40,496 nt of DNA, from contig JAAOMT010000415.1 in the NCBI GenBank assembly GCA_016748015.1, positions 4,741-45,236 on the forward strand, in the 5' to 3' direction. The first letter of the stretch is position 1. The number at the start of each line of letters is the position of its first letter. The notes under the pieces are model-generated. The model ran no database searches. It worked only from the letters and a program-made list of their open reading frames with translations, and was not told the origin of the DNA. The DNA is from Geosiphon pyriformis uo1 (taxonomy: Eukaryota > Fungi > Glomeromycota). The position numbers and the translations under genes are program-made. Below are positions 34,901-40,496 of this stretch, piece by piece.

Positions 34901-37129
34901 CTATATTTAATAAATTTTTAATAAAAAAAATTATTGTACAATTTATAAATTGAAAATTTCAATTGAATAAAAATTATTATCTAATTTACTTACTTAAATA
35001 TTAAATTAATAACTGGTATTGTTTTTTTATTATTTATATATATTGTTAAAACTTAACCACATAGTTCATTTGATTTAATTATAAAAACAGTATTGAAGAA
35101 GTTTAAGCTATTGTGATAACTAGTAGAATTTAGAGACAAAAAATCTAGATATTTATATAATAGCTTTGACATGACTGTAGATACAACACCAAAAAGTATA
35201 GTTTAACTCTTAAAATTTTGAGCATCCTTAATTTTATATTGTTTTAATATGATAATACCTTCAGTCTTATAAGTATTTATTAGGAAATAAATCTATAAAT
35301 AAAGTAAATTAATATAATAATATATATATAAAAATAAATATAAGCAATTTCTTACTTTTTTAAATTCTAACATATTTAAATAATGTAACTTTTTGTTATT
35401 CTTGAAAATATTTTGAATTGTCTTAAGATTAGATGCAAATTGAACAGAAATTAGTTGAACTTAATTTGTAAATCTATTACTTGTGCTCAAATTCTTTGTA
35501 TTATTTATTAATTCTAAAAATAATTAATTAATAAAATTCAATTATTTTTTCGAATTTGTATTTAAACTTACCAGTTGTAATCATTGAAAGTAATATATTT
35601 GTAGTTTTATTTGAAATGTTTTTTCTAATTAAATTGGCCATTTGATATGGTTTTTTTCAAATGTGATTAGGATCATGATTTCCATAGCACTTAATATTAC
35701 ATAAATTAAATAGCTTGTCATAAAGAATTACAATATGATTTTTTCAATTATATTTAGTTTTATAACACTTTTTTTATAAATAAAAATAAAGTTAATACTT
35801 TTTAATTTTAATTAAATATTATTCTTCTATATATGTTAACTTTGAATTTGTATTTTTGTTTGCATTTTTATTTACAAGTATAATAGTTTTTACATCTTCT
35901 TTATGTATCTTAATATTTAATAAAATACTATTATATATATAAAAGTATAATTCATATAAATAATAATCTTTTAGTCACTTTTTATATATACAGTTATAAT
36001 CTAGAATTTTATAACTGTAGAAATACTGTATTAAACATATATAAATCTAATATTAAGAGTATTTCTATAAGTGGTATTTGTATATATTAAATAGTTGGCA
36101 AAAAGCTAAATAGTTTTTTTTGTTTTAATAAACCTAATAAATATAGCATAATTTTTTATTAGTAATAATATTATAGTAGTAAAGATAATGTACTTTTATT
36201 TTTTTTACATATTTTATATATTTTATTTTTTTTAATCTCATATAATATAGTCAATAAAATACAATTTATCACAAATTTTACTTAATACAATCATGAAATT
36301 TACAGATTTAAATTTCAATTGTATTTATCTTTATATAGTATGTACAACTTAGTCCTAACTACTAAACTTAATAAAATTTAAGTTATTACTTCTTGCTCAA
36401 AAAAAAAATAGACACCAAATTTAATTATAGAATAATAAAACTATTTAAATTAAACAATGTTATGTTTTCAAATTTTCTGTAAAATAATTTTTAAAAAAAC
36501 AGTAATAATTTAAAGTTAACCAATTTTACTATTAAACTAATAATTTGGTTATAATCAACATATATAATTATATTTATTGCTAATTGGCTAATTTAAAAAT
36601 AGTATATTAAGTAAACTTTTCCTAATTATAACACCAGTTTTTTAATATAATACTAAATTAACTAATTTATTAAATATCAATTAATTATAAAACTGAATCA
36701 AGAACTCAGCAATATAAATAGTATTTTTTAACTGCAAATTCTGCTACTTAACCTGTTAAGCCTTTTTGGTATACATTCATATAACAAAATGTTTTTCTTA
36801 CATATTAATAAATAGTTATAAGTAGAATAAAAATAAGAACTAATAGAACAGTTTTTTGTAATTCTGTTCATAAGTAATTACAATATGATTAACTAAATTT
36901 TTTGGTTATATTTAAAAGTTTTTAATATAGTTAAGCTTACAATAAAACTTTAAATAGAATACAATTTAATGTTTAACTAAAACAATAATCTCTTCTAACT
37001 GTCTTTTTTATGCTAAAAAGTTTGGTTGTTTACTTATTACTTTTCATGTTTCTTTTAATTTTATCCTTTTATTTGGCCATAATTTTCTTTCAATTAGAAT
37101 TTGTTTTAATTCTTTTGTCTATTCACACA

Positions 37130-38259
37130 ATTTGGAAATATAATAATTTGATAAAAAGACTATATCCTATTAAATTTTTTACCAAAATATGTACTTTGCA
37201 TCTTTAGTTGCTTTTTACTAGGGCTAAAATTTATATACTTGGCAATAAGTGTATCTGGTAAAAAAGTGGCATGATTTAATGCATTATCAAATACAAATAA
37301 AGTCTAACATCCTAAAAAACATACATCAAATATGGGAATAGCACATTTAATTATCTGATTAATTAAGTTCTTAGCCTTTTACCAATCATCATTATTTTTG
37401 CTTAGGTGTATAATAATACAGACTTTTTTAGAAAAGTTGTTTGATGTTTGTATTTTCTTAAGAAATACAAGACAATTACAAACATCAGTCAAAAATTCAC
37501 TAACATAAATTGGATGACTATTACTTTATTTCATAAAAGTTGTTCTCTATTAGGAATTTAAAGACTCTAATTTCTATTATAAGCTAAGAAAATACACTCA
37601 TCATGTGTAACAAGAGTAAGTGGTTGTACATTATTCTTTGACCAGGTTATCTCTTCTAAATTATCTTTTGAGAAAGTGGAAGTTTATTCATTTTTTCTAA
37701 AAATATTTTTCAATAGGTCACCATATTTTTCTTTTCATGTCCATTTATATACACTTCCTTTTTCATCTTAATATATACATATTCAAGTTCTTTCAAATAA
37801 TTTCTTACTGTATTGAAATGAATAGTTAAAAATGGTGCAAATCCAAGTCCTGGCAAAATAATTTCATTTATTTGTGTCATTAACATTTGTGGAGTAATAT
37901 CCCACTTATGTTCTCGAATATATGATTTTACTTGAAGAAGGATATCCTCATCCCAAAAAAAGCTCCATATTTTGGCATGATGTCCTCAGTGAGAGTAAGG
38001 AATTTGATGAGTTATTACATACTCATGTGTCCAAGAACGAATACATTTAGCATGGTATACTCCTTTTCCTATCGCATTAGCAACAATCTTACTTGCTTCC
38101 ATTTTTGGATAGCTGCATTTTACAAGTTGGAGATAGAGACGAATGCCATTTAGACGTATCCAAATCTCACTATTCACATTTTCCTTTTTGATATCTAACA
38201 CCAGGTTTTCGAGAGCTGCTGAAAGTTTATTATGCCAATTACAATCCTCATCCTCATTA
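37130..38259 (-). pseudogene. Decayed DDE-type DNA transposase (IS630-Tc1-mariner-related fungal type); 5' end lost in the gap
   Basis: AKCIRSW..GHHAKIWSFFWDEDI (HTH-like N-terminus), LVTHDECIF (HDE at 37597-37605), IYVSEFLTD, AIPIFD..LFVFDNALNH (FDNA at 37280-37291). The superfamily call is from motif recall. Confidence 0.7.
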
Positions 38260-39150
38260 NNNNNNNNNNNNNNNNNNNNNNNNNNNNNNNNNNNNNNNNN
38301 NNNNNNNNNNNNNNNNNNNNNNNNNNNNNNNNNNNNNNNNNNNNNNNNNNNNNNNNNNNNNNNNNNNNNNNNNNNNNNNNNNNNNNNNNNNNNNNNNNNN
38401 NNNNNNNNNNNNNNNNNNNNNNNNNNNNNNNNNNNNNNNNNNNNNNNNNNNNNNNNNNNNNNNNNNNNNNNNNNNNNNNNNNNNNNNNNNNNNNNNNNNN
38501 NNNNNNNNNNNNNNNNNNNNNNNNNNNNNNNNNNNNNNNNNNNNNNNNNNNNNNNNNNNNNNNNNNNNNNNNNNNNNNNNNNNNNNNNNNNNNNNNNNNN
38601 NNNNNNNNNNNNNNNNNNNNNNNNNNNNNNNNNNNNNNNNNNNNNNNNNNNNNNNNNNNNNNNNNNNNNNNNNNNNNNNNNNNNNNNNNNNNNNNNNNNN
38701 NNNNNNNNNNNNNNNNNNNNNNNNNNNNNNNNNNNNNNNNNNNNNNNNNNNNNNNNNNNNNNNNNNNNNNNNNNNNNNNNNNNNNNNNNNNNNNNNNNNN
38801 NNNNNNNNNNNNNNNNNNNNNNNNNNNNNNNNNNNNNNNNNNNNNNNNNNNNNNNNNNNNNNNNNNNNNNNNNNNNNNNNNNNNNNNNNNNNNNNNNNNN
38901 NNNNNNNNNNNNNNNNNNNNNNNNNNNNNNNNNNNNNNNNNNNNNNNNNNNNNNNNNNNNNNNNNNNNNNNNNNNNNNNNNNNNNNNNNNNNNNNNNNNN
39001 NNNNNNNNNNNNNNNNNNNNNNNNNNNNNNNNNNNNNNNNNNNNNNNNNNNNNNNNNNNNNNNNNNNNNNNNNNNNNNNNNNNNNNNNNNNNNNNNNNNN
39101 NNNNNNNNNNNNNNNNNNNNNNNNNNNNNNNNNNNNNNNNNNNNNNNNNN
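38260..39150. other. Assembly gap (891 N)
   Basis: Run of N. Confidence 1.
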
Positions 39151-40496
39151 CGCAATTAAAAGAAAATTGATTTTTTTTAAACATTCCCTGATCAGTCGAT
39201 TCTCTCTTATCCAAACATTAATTATTATCGTGTTACAGTGAGGCATCCAGGTCACGGTTGTGGAATCACGGGAACATGTGATCTGTGAACTCGAATTTGC
39301 ACCAATAAAATTACAACGTTACTGTGTCTTGTGATAGCAGCTCAACATCTCAAATTTGGCCACTTAAAAATTTTTTGGTCGGGACTAAGTTGTACACACT
39401 GTATAAAACTAATTTACATTAAATTCACTATGGAACCAGCACTATTAAAAAAAAACGAGAAGAAAAGATTGCTCCATATATTTTCAAAATCAATAATACC
39501 CAAACTTTCCAGGAATATCTAGATAAAGCATAATTTTATTATCTAAAAACTCTGGATAATAGCATATTTAATAATATTTCACTAAAGCGACCGAAGTATA
39601 GGGATACTCATCAATGGCTCTAGTGAATATGTACTTTATAAGTTGTTGTTTGTAAAATTAAGTCTATCAATTCTCATGCTACATGATCAAACATCAATCA
39701 CAGGGGCAACAATCTGACAACCTGATTTGATGTATGCAATTGTTCTACAACGTGATATGCCCCATGATGCAAGGGAACGCAACAAGATATAAACGCGCAC
39801 ACTACACGTTCATTTTCTTCTCGTAACTTGACAACATGGACCCACAACTTACCTTGGACGATATTCCTGAATTCTTTGTTGGTCAATGTATCAAGAAGAA
39901 CAGAAGTATCCCGGATGATGAGATCATTAGAGCATATTTAGAACAACAAGGTAATCAAGCAATGAATACACGTTTGTTGGGAGAATAGTTTGAAAGTTAT
40001 CAATGCTATTACAAGAGAGACAGTTGAGTGTCATTAGTTGGGCAGAGTTAAAACATAGCAGAGCTAGGTTATAAACTTATTTTAAAGATTCACTTTGGGA
40101 GACAAGAAACATTATAGGTTAATAGAAGAGCAATAGGGGTTCGTAGAGTAGCCATGAGTTCAACAGAAGGAGAATAGTTGGAATGCATTACAACATGCGC
40201 GTTGGGAAAAGTATAGAATAGAACATTATTGGATATACATAAACTCGTTACAAAGATGAACTTAGAATAGAGCATAGTAAAATTGGCTTGGGCTTATCCA
40301 TTTTGTTTTTTATTTTGACACTGGTTTCACAGGAGCATCCCATCTGCGAAGTGAAGTCGAGAAACAGGGATTTAACCGAAGTTATGCTGTATTGAAGAAA
40401 GCATTTAAGAATACTCTGATAAAGCCTCGAGAGGACTACGTCGATGTATTTTTTCGTCATTTAGAACAGTGTGCTAGTATATGGACGCCGCAACAG

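Noticed and set aside
37986-39255. Five 312-389 aa ORFs in the track
   Set aside because: Artefacts of the N gap. Only the - strand part at 37986-38259 is real (transposase).
39836-39988. 50-codon ORF MDPQLTLDDIPEFFVGQ...
   Set aside because: Plausible exon in the CpG-retaining region, but too short, with no recognisable motif or clear splice structure.

Overview
AT-rich eukaryotic DNA, most likely from a Glomeromycotina fungus (inferred from a BTB/BACK pseudogene typical of that group and from the element types). Bases 237-28372 are a three-level nest of decayed Ty3/Gypsy (Metaviridae) LTR retrotransposons: outer element C (- strand, 237-28372), middle element B (- strand, 5034-23300, a divergent family inserted in C's pol) and inner element A (+ strand, 13179-22914, same family as C, inserted in B's 5' LTR). 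Each has TG..CA-type LTR ends, a PBS, a PPT and a 4-bp TSD. All three share an unusual three-ORF layout. ORF1 encodes Gag, protease, a Cys-rich domain (missing in B), a dUTPase, a degenerate dUTPase-like domain, RT and RNase H; it apparently starts at GTG and stops right after RNase H. ORF2 is a separate integrase with its own ATG (decayed to ATA in C). ORF3 is a conserved ~220-240 aa protein of unknown function in the env position. All copies are crippled by C>T/G>A transitions. The rest of the window holds a BTB pseudogene, a solo-LTR remnant, short tandem repeats, a decayed DDE-type transposase, an 891-nt assembly gap and a short CpG-retaining segment. Everything was read and aligned by eye; no database searches were possible.
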